Shown here piece after piece: positions 1-12,400 of a stretch of 44,713 nt of DNA. Under the pieces are notes generated by a model, which was not told the DNA's origin, did not search any database, and saw nothing but the letters and a program-made list of their open reading frames with translations. Source of the stretch: a virus (taxonomy: Duplodnaviria > Heunggongvirae > Uroviricota > Caudoviricetes); the IMG/VR virus record IMGVR_UViG_2531839450_000015; one strand, given 5' to 3'. The first letter of the stretch is position 1. Every line of letters starts with the position of its first letter. Both the position numbers and the translations under genes were made by a program.

Positions 1-582
1 TTACTCTGCAGGTGAAGTCGGCCACTCAATATCAGGTGCAGTTGATGTGTCAACACGGTTCAGCAATACCCGATACTTCTTCCAGGCTTCCAGCAACGAG
101 GTTTCTTCCTCCGTTGCAATTTCCAGATCTGCAGCATCCTGAAGCGGCGCAATATGCTCACTGGCTACCTGCATCAGGCTTTTTTTTGTTTCTTCCGCCT
201 CCCGGATCCGGAACAGTTTTTCTGCTTCCGTATCCTTCACCCAGGCTGTGCCGTTCCACTTCTGATATTCCCCTCCCGGCGATAACCAGGTAAAATTTTC
301 CGGTAACGGACCGGGTTCAGAAATAAATAACGCGTCGCCGGAAGCCACGTCATAGACGGTTTTACCCCGATGGTCTTCAACGAGATGCCACGATGCCTCA
401 TCACTGTTGAAAACAGCCACAAAGCCAGCCGGAATATCTGGCGGTGCAATATCGGTACTGTTTGCAGGCAGACCGGTATGAGGCGGAATATATGCGTCAC
501 CTTCACCAATAAATTCATTAGTTCCGGCCAGCAGATTATAAATTTTTATGGTCCGTGGTTGTTCACTCATTCTGAATGCCAT
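1..582 (-). CDS. tfa: Tail fibre assembly protein (lambda Tfa-like)
   Basis: 193-aa ORF directly downstream of the side tail fibre gene; stop codon at the window edge (1..3). Size and position match lambda Tfa. Confidence 0.8.
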   Translation of the reverse strand: MAFRMSEQPRTIKIYNLLAGTNEFIGEGDAYIPPHTGLPANSTDIAPPDIPAGFVAVFNSDEASWHLVEDHRGKTVYDVASGDALFISEPGPLPENFTWLSPGGEYQKWNGTAWVKDTEAEKLFRIREAEETKKSLMQVASEHIAPLQDAADLEIATEEETSLLEAWKKYRVLLNRVDTSTAPDIEWPTSPAE

Positions 583-2912
583 TATGCAAGCCTCACAATA
601 TAGTTAAATGCAATGTTTTTGACGGTGTTTTCCGCGTTACCCGCAGCGTTAACGGTGATGGTGTGTCCGTGTGAACCAATACTGAAAGAATGGGCATGAG
701 CACCGATAACAACCGGATGCTGGTGCGCACCAATACCAACTGTATGCGCATGTGCACCGGCACTCACGGCTGTACCGGACAATGAGTGACTGTGGCTGCC
801 CTGACTGTCCGTTTTCGATAAATAAGCAATACCCTGTGTGTTGGTTCCTTTAACTGTGGATAAACTTCCTGTAATGGTTGCTGTTCCATACTGACTCCAG
901 CCAGAACTGTTCATCCTTAAACCACTTGTGTGGGCATGAGCACCCGCGGCCCCTGTTGAACCGCTCAGACTGTGAGCATGAGCCCCCGTGTTATTCGTCG
1001 ATTTGGTGCCGTAATCGAAACTGCCTGTTGTTTTCGTCCCGTAATCAAACGACGATGTGGTTTTCGTCCCCAAATCCGTACCGGATGCACTGGCACTGTG
1101 GGTGTGCGACTTAATTCCATCCTGTTCCTGAGACAATACAGCACGACCGCTGGCGGGTTTCCCCTTGATTGTCCAGCCTCGCATATCAGGAAGCACACCC
1201 GATGGATACGCGACAGCAAGTTTTGGGTAGGCTGATTTGTCAAACGCCTGCCCCTGCATCAGGACGTAGCCAGACGGAACGATATCTGATGGCCACGGGA
1301 TCGGCGCACCTGCCGGAAAGGCCGAATTCTCTCCGGCCCCAAGGTATTCAAGAACATCTGCAACGGAATTTTTTGCCAGAATATCCCTGCCAACCTGAGT
1401 CAGTTCAGTCAGGCTGGCGGCATCATTTTCCGCAAAATACGGTAATTTATTTTTCGCCGTGGAAAGCCCTGCCAGCGCCGTCAGTGTCGCATTCTTCGGT
1501 TGTTTACCCGCAAGCGCGTTAGTCATGGTGGTAGCAAAATCTGGATCATTCCCGAGCGCTGCGGCCAGTTCATTCAGCGTATTCAGTGCGTCAGGTGACG
1601 CGTCGATAACATCTGCAATCGCGGCCAGTACAAAAGCGGTGTTCGCAATCTGGGTATTGTTTGTTCCCCTGAGCGCGGTTGGTGCTGTTGGCGTTCCGGT
1701 CAGTGCCGGACTGTCCAGTGGGGCTTTTCTGTTCGTTTCATCCATTACCACCTTAACCGCCTTTGGCGTTGCAGCAAGCGTTTCAGACGTGCTGTTGGTT
1801 GCACTGCTGAGCTGCACTATCCCCTTTCTCGTTGTGTCCGCATCCTCAAGCGCGACAGCTGAAGCTATATCTTCTGCACGTTTTGCCGAATTTTCTGCAC
1901 GTATTGCCGCCGCTTCTGCCGCACTTTTGCTCTGCGATGCTGATACCGCACTTCCCGCAGCCTCTGTCGCCTTCGTGGATGCCGTTGACGCACTCCCCGC
2001 CGCCGCTGTTTTTGCGTCTGCCGCGGCAGAGGCGCTCCGTTCCGCTGCTGTTTCAGATGACCTGGCATTCGTCTCGGACGTTTTTGCCGCCCTGGCAGAA
2101 TTTTCTGCCGCCGTTGCCGAGGAAGCTGCACGACCGGCACTTGATGATGCGTTCGTTTCTGATGATTTTGCTGCCTCTTTTGAGGCCACCGCATCTCGTG
2201 CTGAAGTGGCGGCCTCTGACGCTTTCGTGGCCGCAGTGGAGGCAGACGTGGCGGCTGATTGTTGTGACGCTGCAGCATTCGTTTCTGACGTTTTCGCCGC
2301 ACCGGCACTGGTGGCCGCCGCGTTTTTTGAGGACTCTGCGGCTGCGGCACTTTTTTCCGCTTCAGTGGCCTTTGCTGATGCCGCTTCTGCGCCGGAGGAC
2401 GCTTCCTGAGCTGACGATGCAGCCTGTCCGGCGGACGTGCTGGCGGCGCGTGCTGAGTCAGTTGCATCAGTCACAAGGGCCGCGACCTGAGCAGCTGATG
2501 CACTGGCATCGCCGGCTGATTTCTTCGCGTCTGCCGTACTCTGTGCCACCACGGACGCGTTACGCGCCACCTCTTCCACCATCAGTTCAAGACGACGCAG
2601 CACCTCCGGCCGGGCATCATCCTCCATCATGGCACAGAGAAAATCATTCAGCGTCCCCGGTTGTGAATCTTCATACACGGTGATGGTCCCGGCGTGCGAT
2701 GGTGGAAAACCGTCAACCTGCAGGATGACACTGTACTGACCGTACTCCACATCCATGCTGTAACGCCCGGCTTCATCCGGATTCTCTGAGCCCACCGTGT
2801 TCACCACCACCGTGGTGCTGTTACGTCTGGCTTTCAGCTGAATGGTGCAGTTCTGTACCGGTTTTCCTGTGCCGTCTTTCAGGACTCCTGAAATCTTTAC
2901 TGCCATATTCAC
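582..2912 (-). CDS. stf: Side tail fibre protein (lambda Stf-like)
   Basis: 776-aa ORF with a long Ala/Ser-rich low-complexity middle and a C-terminal His-rich repeat region (GAHAHS/GAHQHP motifs). Sits between lom and tfa as in lambda. Confidence 0.85.
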   Translation of the reverse strand: MNMAVKISGVLKDGTGKPVQNCTIQLKARRNSTTVVVNTVGSENPDEAGRYSMDVEYGQYSVILQVDGFPPSHAGTITVYEDSQPGTLNDFLCAMMEDDARPEVLRRLELMVEEVARNASVVAQSTADAKKSAGDASASAAQVAALVTDATDSARAASTSAGQAASSAQEASSGAEAASAKATEAEKSAAAAESSKNAAATSAGAAKTSETNAAASQQSAATSASTAATKASEAATSARDAVASKEAAKSSETNASSSAGRAASSATAAENSARAAKTSETNARSSETAAERSASAAADAKTAAAGSASTASTKATEAAGSAVSASQSKSAAEAAAIRAENSAKRAEDIASAVALEDADTTRKGIVQLSSATNSTSETLAATPKAVKVVMDETNRKAPLDSPALTGTPTAPTALRGTNNTQIANTAFVLAAIADVIDASPDALNTLNELAAALGNDPDFATTMTNALAGKQPKNATLTALAGLSTAKNKLPYFAENDAASLTELTQVGRDILAKNSVADVLEYLGAGENSAFPAGAPIPWPSDIVPSGYVLMQGQAFDKSAYPKLAVAYPSGVLPDMRGWTIKGKPASGRAVLSQEQDGIKSHTHSASASGTDLGTKTTSSFDYGTKTTGSFDYGTKSTNNTGAHAHSLSGSTGAAGAHAHTSGLRMNSSGWSQYGTATITGSLSTVKGTNTQGIAYLSKTDSQGSHSHSLSGTAVSAGAHAHTVGIGAHQHPVVIGAHAHSFSIGSHGHTITVNAAGNAENTVKNIAFNYIVRLA

Positions 2913-2970
2913 CCCACAAAAAAGCCCACCGGTTCCGGCGGGCTGTCATAACACTGTGTTACCTGGCTAA

Positions 2971-3591
2971 TCAGAATTTATAACCGACCCCAACGATGAA
3001 TCCGTCAGTACGCCAGTCGCCACTGCCGGAGCCTTCATAAGCAATATCAACAACGACGGACGCTGCCGGATTAATCTGTATACCTGCACTCCACGCCACT
3101 GAGGTATGCCGCATTGCACTTTCGTCCCTGGCGGTGGTCGTCTCTTTCATATACCCGGGAGTGATTTCCGTCTTACGGTAATCCCTTGTACTGCCGGACC
3201 ACCGACTGTGAGCCACTCCGGCCATGGCGTACGCACTGACCTGCTTACTGATTTGTAAAACCGGTCCGGCCATCACGCTCACATAACGTCCACGCAGGCT
3301 CTCATAGTGAAACGTATCCTCCCCGGTCATCACTGTGCTGCTCTTTTTCGACGCGGCGAACCCCAGGGAAGCCATCACCCCCACACTGTCCGTCAGCTCA
3401 TAACGGTACTTCACGTTAATCCCTTTCAGATGACTCACACCGGTATCCCCGCCCGACAACGACGGCAATGTACCCGGTTTCACCTGAAAATAGCCCACCG
3501 TAAACGTACCATGTCCACCTTCCGCACGGGCCGGAGTGACTGTCACCGCAAGTGCGGCAAAGACAGCAACGGCAATACACACATTACGCAT
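2971..3591 (-). CDS. lom: Outer membrane protein Lom (Ail/Lom family)
   Basis: 206 aa with an N-terminal signal peptide (AVAVFAALAVTVTPARA), alternating beta-strand-like composition and a C-terminal aromatic residue. Located between J and stf as in lambda. Confidence 0.9.
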   Translation of the reverse strand: MRNVCIAVAVFAALAVTVTPARAEGGHGTFTVGYFQVKPGTLPSLSGGDTGVSHLKGINVKYRYELTDSVGVMASLGFAASKKSSTVMTGEDTFHYESLRGRYVSVMAGPVLQISKQVSAYAMAGVAHSRWSGSTRDYRKTEITPGYMKETTTARDESAMRHTSVAWSAGIQINPAASVVVDIAYEGSGSGDWRTDGFIVGVGYKF

Positions 3592-3652
3592 CGTTCACCT
3601 CTCACTGTTTTATAATAAAACGCCCGTTCCCGGACGAACCTCTGTAACACAC

Positions 3653-6600
3653 TCAGACCACGCTGATGCCCAGCGCCTGTTTCTTAATCACCATAACCTG
3701 CACATCGCTGGCAAACGTATCCGGCGGAATATCTGCCGAATGCCGTGTGGACGTAAGCGTGAACGTCAGGATCACGTTTCCCCGACCCGCTGGCATGTCA
3801 ACAATACGGGAGAACACCTGTACCGCCTCGTTCGCCGCGCCATCATAAATCACCGCACCGTTCATCAGTACTTTCAGATAACACATCGAATACGTTGTCC
3901 TGCCGCTGACAGTACGCTTACTTCCGCGAAACGTCAGCGGAAGCACCACTATCTGGCGATCAAAAGGATGGTCATCGGTCACGGTGACAGTACGGGTACC
4001 TGACGGCCAGTCCACACTGCTTTCACGCTGGCGCGGAAAAGCCGCGCTCGCCGCCTTTACAATGTCCCCGACGATTTTTTCCGCCCTCAGCGTACCGTTT
4101 ATCGTACAGTTTTCAGCTATCGTCACATTACTGAGCGTCCCGGAGTTCGCATTCACACTGCCACTGATATCCGCATTTTTAGCGGTCAGCTTTCCGTCCG
4201 GTGTCAGGGAAAAGGCCGGAGGATTGCCGCCGCTGGTAATGGTGGGGGCCGTCAGGCGCTTCAGGAACACGTCGTTCATGAATATCTGGTTGCCCTGCGC
4301 CACAAACATCGGCGTTTCATTCCCGTTTGCCGGGTCAATAAACGCGATACGATTGGCGGCAACCAGAAACTGGCTCAGTTTGCCTTCCTCCGTGTCCTCC
4401 ATGCTGAGGCCAATACCCGCGACATAATGTTTGCCGTCTTTGGTCTGCTCAATTTTGACAGCCCACATGGCATTCCACTTATCGTTGGCGTCCTTCCACT
4501 CTTTCGAAAACTCCTCCAGTCTGCTGGCGTTATCCTCCGTCAGCTCGACTTTTTCCAGCAGCTCCTTGCCGAGATGGGATTCGGTTATCTTGCCTTTGAA
4601 AAAATCCAGGTAACCTTCCGCATCATCGCTCGCCCGACCGACGGCCTCCACGAATGCCGATTTGCCAACGGTGTTCACACTGCGGATATAAAAGTAATAA
4701 TCATGGCCCGGTTTGATATTGATACTGGCGGCTATCCAGTACAGCGCCGTACCAAGATAACGCGCGCTGGTTTCAACCTGTCTGATATCCGCAATCTGCT
4801 TTTCCGAGAACCAGAACTCAAACTGTACCGTCGGGTCATAAACGGCAAGATGCGGCGTGGCGGTTATCTGAAAATAGCCCGGCGTCAGCTCAATCCTCGA
4901 CGGTGCTGCCGGTGCGGCAATCCGGAACGATACCGACGCCGGATCGCCCTGCTGCCCCCACGCATTTACCGCCCGGACTGTCAGCCTGTAGTTCCCCAGC
5001 GCCAGTTGCGTGAAGCGGTATGTGGTTTCCGTCGTCCGGGCCGTGCTGACCAGCCGCTCACTGCCGTCGTCCGCTGTTACGGTCAGACGGAGCAGGAAGC
5101 TCACGCCCTTCACCACCTTCGGTGTGTCCCATCGCGCCAGCACCTGATATTCCCCGCTGTCTGCAGTGACTTCTGCGGTCAGGTGCTGCACCGCTGGCGG
5201 CGTGACACCATTCACCGTGCCACTCTGTTCGCCGTCAAAGTGCGCCCCGTTATCCACGATGGCCTCTTTTTCCGGCACATGCTGCACGGCGGTGATGGCA
5301 TACGTGCCGTCGTCGTTCTCACGGATACTCACGCAGCGGAACAGTCGCTGGCGCAGCGTCGGCAGCTTCAGCCCCCATACGCTGTATTCAGCAACACCGT
5401 CAGGAACACGGCTCACTTTTACCTTCACGCCGTCGGTGACGGACTGAACCTCCACGCTGACCGGATTGCCACTTCCGTCAACCAGGCTTATCAGCGCGGT
5501 ACCGGAGGATGGCAGCGTGATTTCACGGTCGAGCGTCAGCGTCCGGGTCTGGCTGTTCACCGCCAGCACACGACCACCGGTGCTGATACCGGCATAGTCA
5601 TCATCGCAGATTTCAATAACATCGCCCGGTACATGGCGAAGCCCTTCTGCGCCGACGCTGAAATCCACGGTCTGCGTTTCCAGCAGTTCTGTTTTAATCA
5701 GCCACAGCCCGGCGCGGTGTGCCTGCCCCCGGCTGGTACAGCCAAAGGCATCCATCTTCGTAACATTACGACCGTAACGGGCAATGGCCTGCGTATCTTC
5801 AACAAGCTCTGTCGCCGTCTCCCAGCCGTTGTTCGGGTCAATCCAGTTCACCTCAACGGCATTATGGCGGTCCTTCAGGGCGCTGAAGCTGTAGCGGAAC
5901 GGCGCGCCATCATCCGGCATCACCACATTACTGCGGTTATAGGTCCACGCCTTATCCGACGGTCGGTCCTGCACGAACGTCAGCGTCTGCCCGTTCCATA
6001 CCGGCATACAGCGCATCGCCGAGCAGAAATCGCTGAGCACATCCCACGCCTTACGCTGTGTGGTCAGGTACGCATTACAGGTGATGCGCGGCTCCGTGCC
6101 GCCAAAGCCGTCCGGCACTGACTGGTCGCAGTACTGGCCGATGACATACAGCGCCCATTTATCCACATCCGCCGCACCAAGACGTTTCCCCATGCCGTAG
6201 CGCGGATGGGTCAGCATATCCCACAGACACCAGGCCATGTTGTTGCTGTATGCCGGTTTAAACGTTCCGTCCCAGATACCGCTGTATTGCCGCGTCTGCG
6301 GGTTATAGTTCGACGGCACCTGCAGAATGCGCCCGCGAAGATGATAATTACGACTCACCTGCTGGCTGCCGAACTGCTCCGAGTCCACCTGTACACCGAC
6401 CAGTGCCGTGTTCGGGTAGCCCTGTTTCACATCGATGATTTCGGTGTATGACGACCAGAGCGTTTTGTTCTGCAGCTGGTCTGTGGTGCTGTCCGGCGTC
6501 ATTCTGCGCATCCGGATATTAAACGGGCGCGGCGGCAGGTTACCCACCACCACCGAGGCCAGATACTGCGAGGTGGTTTTGCCCTTAATGGTGATGTCTT

Positions 6601-7051
6601 TTTCCGTCACCCAGCCACCATTACGCTGTATCTGAACCAGCAGACGGACTTCCGACGGATTCCTGTCACCCTTTGAGGTGGTTTCCACCAGTGCCTGCAC
6701 ACCGAAGGTAAAGCGCAGACGGTCGATGTTTGCAGACGTGATGGTCCGGGTAATCGGCGTGTCGTACTTCACTTCCGTACCCAGCACCGTCTCGGAGCCG
6801 GAGGATTCAAATCCCTCCGGCGGTGTCTGCTCCTGCTCACCTGCCCGGAACACCACCGTGACGCCGGATATATTGGTATTCCCCTCACTGTCCAGCACCG
6901 GCGTACTGTTCAGCAGCACGCTTTTTAATCCATCCACCGGACCTTCAATCGGCCCTTCACTGATCGCATCAATCACGCTCAGTAACTGCGTGGATTTCAG
7001 GTTATCTTTCGCTTCGCGAGGAGTGTGCCCCTTGCTGCCACCTTTACCCAT
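3653..7051 (-). CDS. J: Tail tip / host specificity protein J
   Basis: 1132 aa, the same length as lambda J. N-terminus [24 protein letters not shown] and most of the body match my recollection of lambda J nearly residue for residue. Confidence 0.95.
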   Translation of the reverse strand: MGKGGSKGHTPREAKDNLKSTQLLSVIDAISEGPIEGPVDGLKSVLLNSTPVLDSEGNTNISGVTVVFRAGEQEQTPPEGFESSGSETVLGTEVKYDTPITRTITSANIDRLRFTFGVQALVETTSKGDRNPSEVRLLVQIQRNGGWVTEKDITIKGKTTSQYLASVVVGNLPPRPFNIRMRRMTPDSTTDQLQNKTLWSSYTEIIDVKQGYPNTALVGVQVDSEQFGSQQVSRNYHLRGRILQVPSNYNPQTRQYSGIWDGTFKPAYSNNMAWCLWDMLTHPRYGMGKRLGAADVDKWALYVIGQYCDQSVPDGFGGTEPRITCNAYLTTQRKAWDVLSDFCSAMRCMPVWNGQTLTFVQDRPSDKAWTYNRSNVVMPDDGAPFRYSFSALKDRHNAVEVNWIDPNNGWETATELVEDTQAIARYGRNVTKMDAFGCTSRGQAHRAGLWLIKTELLETQTVDFSVGAEGLRHVPGDVIEICDDDYAGISTGGRVLAVNSQTRTLTLDREITLPSSGTALISLVDGSGNPVSVEVQSVTDGVKVKVSRVPDGVAEYSVWGLKLPTLRQRLFRCVSIRENDDGTYAITAVQHVPEKEAIVDNGAHFDGEQSGTVNGVTPPAVQHLTAEVTADSGEYQVLARWDTPKVVKGVSFLLRLTVTADDGSERLVSTARTTETTYRFTQLALGNYRLTVRAVNAWGQQGDPASVSFRIAAPAAPSRIELTPGYFQITATPHLAVYDPTVQFEFWFSEKQIADIRQVETSARYLGTALYWIAASINIKPGHDYYFYIRSVNTVGKSAFVEAVGRASDDAEGYLDFFKGKITESHLGKELLEKVELTEDNASRLEEFSKEWKDANDKWNAMWAVKIEQTKDGKHYVAGIGLSMEDTEEGKLSQFLVAANRIAFIDPANGNETPMFVAQGNQIFMNDVFLKRLTAPTITSGGNPPAFSLTPDGKLTAKNADISGSVNANSGTLSNVTIAENCTINGTLRAEKIVGDIVKAASAAFPRQRESSVDWPSGTRTVTVTDDHPFDRQIVVLPLTFRGSKRTVSGRTTYSMCYLKVLMNGAVIYDGAANEAVQVFSRIVDMPAGRGNVILTFTLTSTRHSADIPPDTFASDVQVMVIKKQALGISVV

Positions 7052-7111
7052 TTATCTGGCTCCATTAACAACAAAACCGCCCGCAGGCGGTTTCACATAA
7101 AACGTTTTACA

Positions 7112-7759
7112 TCAGCGACCAATCACCACAACCTGACCACCATCACCCTCATCAGCAGTACTGATACTCTGTGAAATCACACGCGACCCCACACGCATCT
7201 CACCATACAGTACCGGTAACGGATTCCCCTGGGCGATCATATTATCCAGCGAGGAAAAAAAGGTGTTCTGTTTGCCGTTATCCGCGGACTCCATGGACGG
7301 CGTTTTGATGGCCGGTGTCAGCATCTGCGCTATCCCGCCGAGGATCATACTGGCCCCGGCGGCATACATCCCCGTAAGTGCTGCCGCACCCAGCCAGCCC
7401 GCGGGGTTCCACCAGGCTACCGCAACAACCACAGCACCCAGGATGGTCTGAAAAATTCCGCCATGCTTTGCACCGGCAAGCCGGGGAACAATGTGGAGCA
7501 CCGCACCGTCCGGTAACGGCTCATGGAGCTGTGCCGTTACCCCGGACTCGCTGACATCCCGCCCGGCGATACGTACCTGATACCAGCCGTCACTCAGTTT
7601 CTGACGAAACGACGGAAGTTGTGTGGCCAGCGCCCGGATGGCTTCAGCCCCCGTTTTCACACGAAGGTCGATGCGGCGGCCAAATCGTTGCAAATCCCCG
7701 TAAAGGCAGAGGCGTGCCATGCCCGGTGCCGCCAGAGGGAGTGTGTGCGTCGCTGCCAT
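7112..7759 (-). CDS. I: Tail assembly protein I
   Basis: 215 aa; N-terminus MAATHTLPLAAPGMARLCLYGDLQRFGRRIDLRVKTG and C-terminus TADEGDGGQVVVIGR match lambda I. Overlaps the K 3' end as in lambda. Confidence 0.9.
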   Translation of the reverse strand: MAATHTLPLAAPGMARLCLYGDLQRFGRRIDLRVKTGAEAIRALATQLPSFRQKLSDGWYQVRIAGRDVSESGVTAQLHEPLPDGAVLHIVPRLAGAKHGGIFQTILGAVVVAVAWWNPAGWLGAAALTGMYAAGASMILGGIAQMLTPAIKTPSMESADNGKQNTFFSSLDNMIAQGNPLPVLYGEMRVGSRVISQSISTADEGDGGQVVVIGR

Positions 7760-8400
7760 TTTTCTGTATACCTCTCTCGTTTACTCAGTTGTTCAGGAAT
7801 ATGGTGCAGCAGCTCGCCGTCACCACAGTAAATGGCGGCATGATTCGGCACCGATGAACCAAAGCAGCACAGCAACACATCGCCCGGCTGCGCCGCTGAC
7901 AGGGTGACCGGGTAAAAGCCTGTATCTGCCATGTTGTCCAGGTAAAGATTCTGACCGTTACGCCACCAGTCATCCTCACGATGAAAATCCGGTATCTCAA
8001 TTCCTGCCAGATGATAAGCGTCCCGGAACAGCGTGTAACAGTCCGTCACCCCGTGATCAAAGCGCCTTCCGGTCAGATGTGGCACGCAGCGGAATTTATG
8101 GAGAGCCCCCCGACAGACCAGCCACCACGGCAAATCACTCTGTACCTGCAGCTGACGGTCGGCTTCACTCAGCCAGGGCAGACCACCGGGATGGCTGTGG
8201 ACCAGCGCCACCACCTCGCCCTGTATTTGTGCCCGCAGCCAGTCTTCCGGTACCATCCGGAAACACGCCTCCGGAGTACCGGAGATATTCACGCAGGGAA
8301 GATACCTTTCCCCCTCCGGCGTTCTCACCACGAAGCCGCACGACTCCGCTGGCGCACATCGCCGGGCGTGCGCCAGAATCACTGATTCAGTCTCTGTCAT
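7657..8400 (-). CDS. K: Tail assembly protein K (NlpC/P60 plus JAMM-like)
   Basis: Track ORF trimmed to the internal ATG (cat at 8398..8400) giving MTETESVILAHARRCAPAESCGF. HSHP metal-binding motif present. Confidence 0.9.
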   Translation of the reverse strand: MTETESVILAHARRCAPAESCGFVVRTPEGERYLPCVNISGTPEACFRMVPEDWLRAQIQGEVVALVHSHPGGLPWLSEADRQLQVQSDLPWWLVCRGALHKFRCVPHLTGRRFDHGVTDCYTLFRDAYHLAGIEIPDFHREDDWWRNGQNLYLDNMADTGFYPVTLSAAQPGDVLLCCFGSSVPNHAAIYCGDGELLHHIPEQLSKRERYTEKWQRRTHSLWRHRAWHASAFTGICNDLAAASTFV

Positions 8401-8404
8401 GGAT

Positions 8405-9103
8405 TTACTGCGAAAGTTTATTGATGGAAAGGAAACCGCCAAAGTTACCGACGTTATGACGTGACTTACAGCCACTCAGGCATTTACTGCATTTATCCTT
8501 CGTGATATCAGACGTCGGCTGGTCATATTCATCCGCGACAGCCGGACCGTGATAACCGCACTCATCACCGCGATAGGTCCAGGTACAGGTGTTGGCCAGC
8601 ATGGTACGTCCCGGGAAAACCGCACCGTCTGTCTCCGCTGGCGAGGCCAGAACAAACGTTGCCGTCACCGCCGTCAGATCGCTGCACTGTTCAATACGCC
8701 AGTAACTGATCACCTCCTGTTCCGGATCGGCTTCACTGTTTCCGTTAGTAAAATTCACCGCATCCAGAAAACGGGCGTAAACCTTACGCCGGATCACCGT
8801 TCCGCCAGCCAGACTCTGTAAATCCTCCACCATCCCGGTAACCATCCCGTACAGGTTGGACACCGTCAGGGTGGGGCGGGCGCTGCTTCCCTTGCCTTTC
8901 ATTTCAAACCCTGCTCCCTGAACAGGATACACCTCATATTTCCGGCCCTGCCAGGTGACGGCCTCCCCCTTCTCGTTAGGCTCATTACTGAAAAAATAAC
9001 GCTCCCCGCCAATCTCTGTCAGATCAATTTCCCAGAGTACCAGGCTGGCAGACTGCTCCGTACGGGTACATTCATTCAGTGTTTCCTGCCGGATATCCTG
9101 CAT
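8405..9103 (-). CDS. L: Minor tail protein L
   Basis: 232 aa, the same length as lambda L, with a C-terminal cysteine cluster (CSKCLSGCKSRHN). Position between M and K. Confidence 0.9.
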   Translation of the reverse strand: MQDIRQETLNECTRTEQSASLVLWEIDLTEIGGERYFFSNEPNEKGEAVTWQGRKYEVYPVQGAGFEMKGKGSSARPTLTVSNLYGMVTGMVEDLQSLAGGTVIRRKVYARFLDAVNFTNGNSEADPEQEVISYWRIEQCSDLTAVTATFVLASPAETDGAVFPGRTMLANTCTWTYRGDECGYHGPAVADEYDQPTSDITKDKCSKCLSGCKSRHNVGNFGGFLSINKLSQ

Positions 9104-9112
9104 CCGTCCTCC

Positions 9113-9445
9113 TCATACCACGACCTGTTCAAAATTTGCGGTTACCGTGACCCACAGCGCCCCCACACTGGACGACCATTTACGGCAGACCACCCGGACA
9201 GGTGTCCAGCCATAAGGCGGTGTCCACTGAAACGCCCTGACCCCACCGTGCCGGGCCAGAAAGGCTTCCAGCGCCTGATGCTCCCCTTTACGGACACGGA
9301 TCGTGACACTGTACGTTGGCAACAGAGGATTCAGTCCCGCCGGACGACGCTGTTCATAACCATCACCCAGTTTAACTGTCACCACTTTGGGCTCTGAATC
9401 CACCTTCATATCCGGACGGACTTTCCAGCTAAATATCTCCATCAC
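9113..9445 (-). CDS. M: Minor tail protein M
   Basis: 110 aa; FQWTPPYGW and ANFEQVV motifs match lambda M. Position between H and L. Confidence 0.9.
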   Translation of the reverse strand: MMEIFSWKVRPDMKVDSEPKVVTVKLGDGYEQRRPAGLNPLLPTYSVTIRVRKGEHQALEAFLARHGGVRAFQWTPPYGWTPVRVVCRKWSSSVGALWVTVTANFEQVVV

Positions 9446-12400
9446 CGGTATACTCCGCTTAACTGCCCGCCATCACGGGACTGTTGTTGCATAAAATCTT
9501 CTGCAGCCCTTTTCCCCAGGTTGTAAACCGCCTGCATGACTTCCGGCCCAATCTGTCCGTTCTGGCCATCATTATTGATCTCGATGTTGTACTGCGGCGC
9601 AAACATCACCATCCCCGAACCACAGGTCGCTGCCACAACACCCAGCTTACCGTCAGCCCCCCTGCGCAAGGGCAGGATAGCCTCAGGCCCCGCTTCACCC
9701 ATCACCCCCGCGCCTTTTGCAAAAGCAAAAAACGTCGGACGGTTAACCACCGTGCCACTGTAGCGACTCAAATCAGCAGACTGATAAACACCACCTTCTG
9801 CATTGGTTTTCACATCACCGAAATCAAACCCCATCACACTGCCAATCCCTTTGACAGCCTTCATCATGGTTGCCTGCGCCAGAATTTTTGCCATATCTGA
9901 CAGCACAGATGAGGTGAAAGATTTGAAATTGAGTTTGCCGGTGGTAACAAAAGTTGCCAGACCATTTCCCATACTACTGAAAGCAGACATAAACATCTGT
10001 TCTGCAGTCCCGGCAGCATTATCCGCGTCGGCAGTAAAATTCATGAACGCGCGTTTTGTACCGTTTCTCCACTCCCCCTGCGCAGCATCCATCTGTTGCC
10101 AGTAGCGGCGATTCTCATTCAGTTTCCGGTTCAGACTGTCTGTCAGCGTCTGTTCAGCCTTCCGGTATGCGTCAGAACCATACGAGCCTTTCTGCTTACT
10201 GTCCCGTTCAAGTTGCTCCAGCTGTTGCTGGTACTGCTGTCGTAGACGCAACTGCGACTGGTACCGCTGCCGTTGCTGATCGCCCATTCCTGCCATGGCA
10301 ACGTCCAGATCGTGTTGCTGACGCTGTGCGCGCTCTTCCTCAGCCAGTTGACTGGTCAGCTGAATGGTCTTTTTCTTCAGGTCATTGAGGGCAGTCTGCT
10401 TCTGCAGCTCCTGCTGTTTTGCATCCAGCAGCGTCAGTGCCTGAATCAGCTCATCCTTGTGAGCCAGTACACTTTTTTCATCTGCTGTCAGTTTTTTACC
10501 GGCTAAATCGCTGATACGCTGCTGAAGGGCCAGAAGCTGTTTATGCGCTTCTGTCATCCTTTCAGTAGCCATGCCCGCTGACTGTCTGGCGGCGGCAATC
10601 TGTCCCTCCACCTGCGCCTGTTGCTGGCTGTACTGCAGTAATAGCCGGGTGGCCTCATCATTACGGGTGGCAGGCGTTTTTTTCTTAATGGCTTTTTCGT
10701 AACGTTCATTTTCACGCTGTATCGCTGCGTCCCTGACCGCCTGATCGGCGTACTGCATGGCATTAATACGCGCAATTTCACGCTGATGTCGTGCTGCTTC
10801 CGTTTCGTTCATCCGGTTCAGCGCGGCATTTTCAGCATTCCGGCGTTTCTGCTGCTCCTGATAATTTCGCTCAGCCTGCTCTTTTGCATCCTGCAAATCC
10901 TGCTGGCGTTTTCGCTCTTGCAGCGCATCCAGTTGTTGCTGATCGTATTCCCCCGTGGTGGACGCCTTAGTCCACGGAAATTTCTTCGCCCGCTGAATTT
11001 TTTCCTGCAGCGACGCAATCTGCGCATCAAGGGAATCTTCCCGACCAATGTTCATGGCCGCATCCCAGAACTGCTTCCACCAGTCAGACAAGGTTTGCAG
11101 CGTACTGCCCAGCGCATTGAGGTTATTATCAATATCCGACGTACGTTTACCGGTTTCCTCTGCCAGTGCAGACATGGCTATCCGGGCTGCGTCACTGGTG
11201 CGCCCCTGCTCTCCGAGCACACGGATCTGTTCAAGCTGGGTGGCTGTCAGAAAATGCAGTTCATCATCCAGCGCCTTCGCAGCACTGACCGGATCATCCT
11301 TCAGCCGTTTAAACTGACTGATGGTGTCACTGACAGACTGCCCTACCGAGCGTTCCATCTGTGCGGCAGCTTTCGCCACCATACCAATATCGTTACCGTG
11401 AAATGCACCGCTCCCCACTACCTGCGCCAGTGACCCCGCCATGGCATGTTGCGTGATGCCATTACCGGAAAGATTTTTACTGAGCGCCCACAACTGCCCG
11501 GCTGTCACACCGGCATAGTGTCCGGTGAGCTCAAGCTGCCGGTTAAAGGCTTCGCCTTCTTCCTGCCCCTCCATCCAGGCTTTACCCAGACCAATAACCG
11601 CAGCAGTGATCCCTCCGATAACTCCCCCCACCGCCAGGCCTTTCGGAGTCATTAATTTATCAATCCAGCCGGCACGGTTAGCCAGGGTGATCCCGGAGCC
11701 ACGAAGCGCACCGAAATTACCTCGCGCCAGCTCACCAATCATGACCCCCAGCTCCCGACGGGCTGCCGCACTTTTCAGTCCCAGCGAATGTGTGGTGTTT
11801 CCGGCTTTCTCCATTTTACGGATGTACACCTCCGCGGCACTGCTGCACCCAAGTTGTGCCGCCTTTGCCCGAAGCAGTTCCGTCGTGGTCATTTTCTGGC
11901 GACTTGTCTGTTCTTTCAGCTGACGAATAAATGCGGTTTTCTGGCGGGTGGCCGTTTCCTCTGCCTGTGTCAGAACGCGGGTTTTCGCTGTCACCTCAGA
12001 AATCAGGGCCAGATAATCCTGCTGAGCAATCCCGCCACTGTTTCTGGCCTGTCGGATCTGCTGCTGAATACGCTGTAACTCCTGCAGCCCCGCACTGGCC
12101 TGTTTTACGCTGTCGATCTGACGATAAAATGCGGCAGCCATCTTATCCTGCGCCGCAGCCAGCGCAGCCGCCTGAACCTGCTCCTCCCGCATCTGACGAC
12201 TCAGGGCCTCCATCCGCAGGCGCGCCCTTTCCACATCTTCCGCCAGCGAAACATGCCCCTGCGCATGCTTCACCACGGCCTGAGTCTGTATCACCGTCGC
12301 GCTGGCAGCCTGTTTCTGACTTTCCTCAAACCGTTTCATACGGGCTTCGGCCCGCTCCGCCTCCCTTGCTGTACCATTCAGCAGATTTTTTACACGCGGA

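Noticed and set aside
1459-2683. Long plus-strand ORFs (316 and 283 aa) and a 200-aa R/K-rich minus-strand ORF inside the tail fibre gene
   Set aside because: They are alternate-frame or antisense readings of the Ala/Ser-rich low-complexity region of stf, have no start context, and the stf frame is the one with phage-protein features.
4427-6121. 564-aa plus-strand ORF antisense to J
   Set aside because: It lies entirely within the well-supported J coding sequence on the opposite strand; an Arg-rich composition is typical of antisense reading of GC-rich coding DNA.
10786-11433. 215-aa plus-strand ORF antisense to the tape measure gene
   Set aside because: Embedded antisense in H with no ribosome-binding site; the repetitive coiled-coil coding sequence generates long spurious frames.
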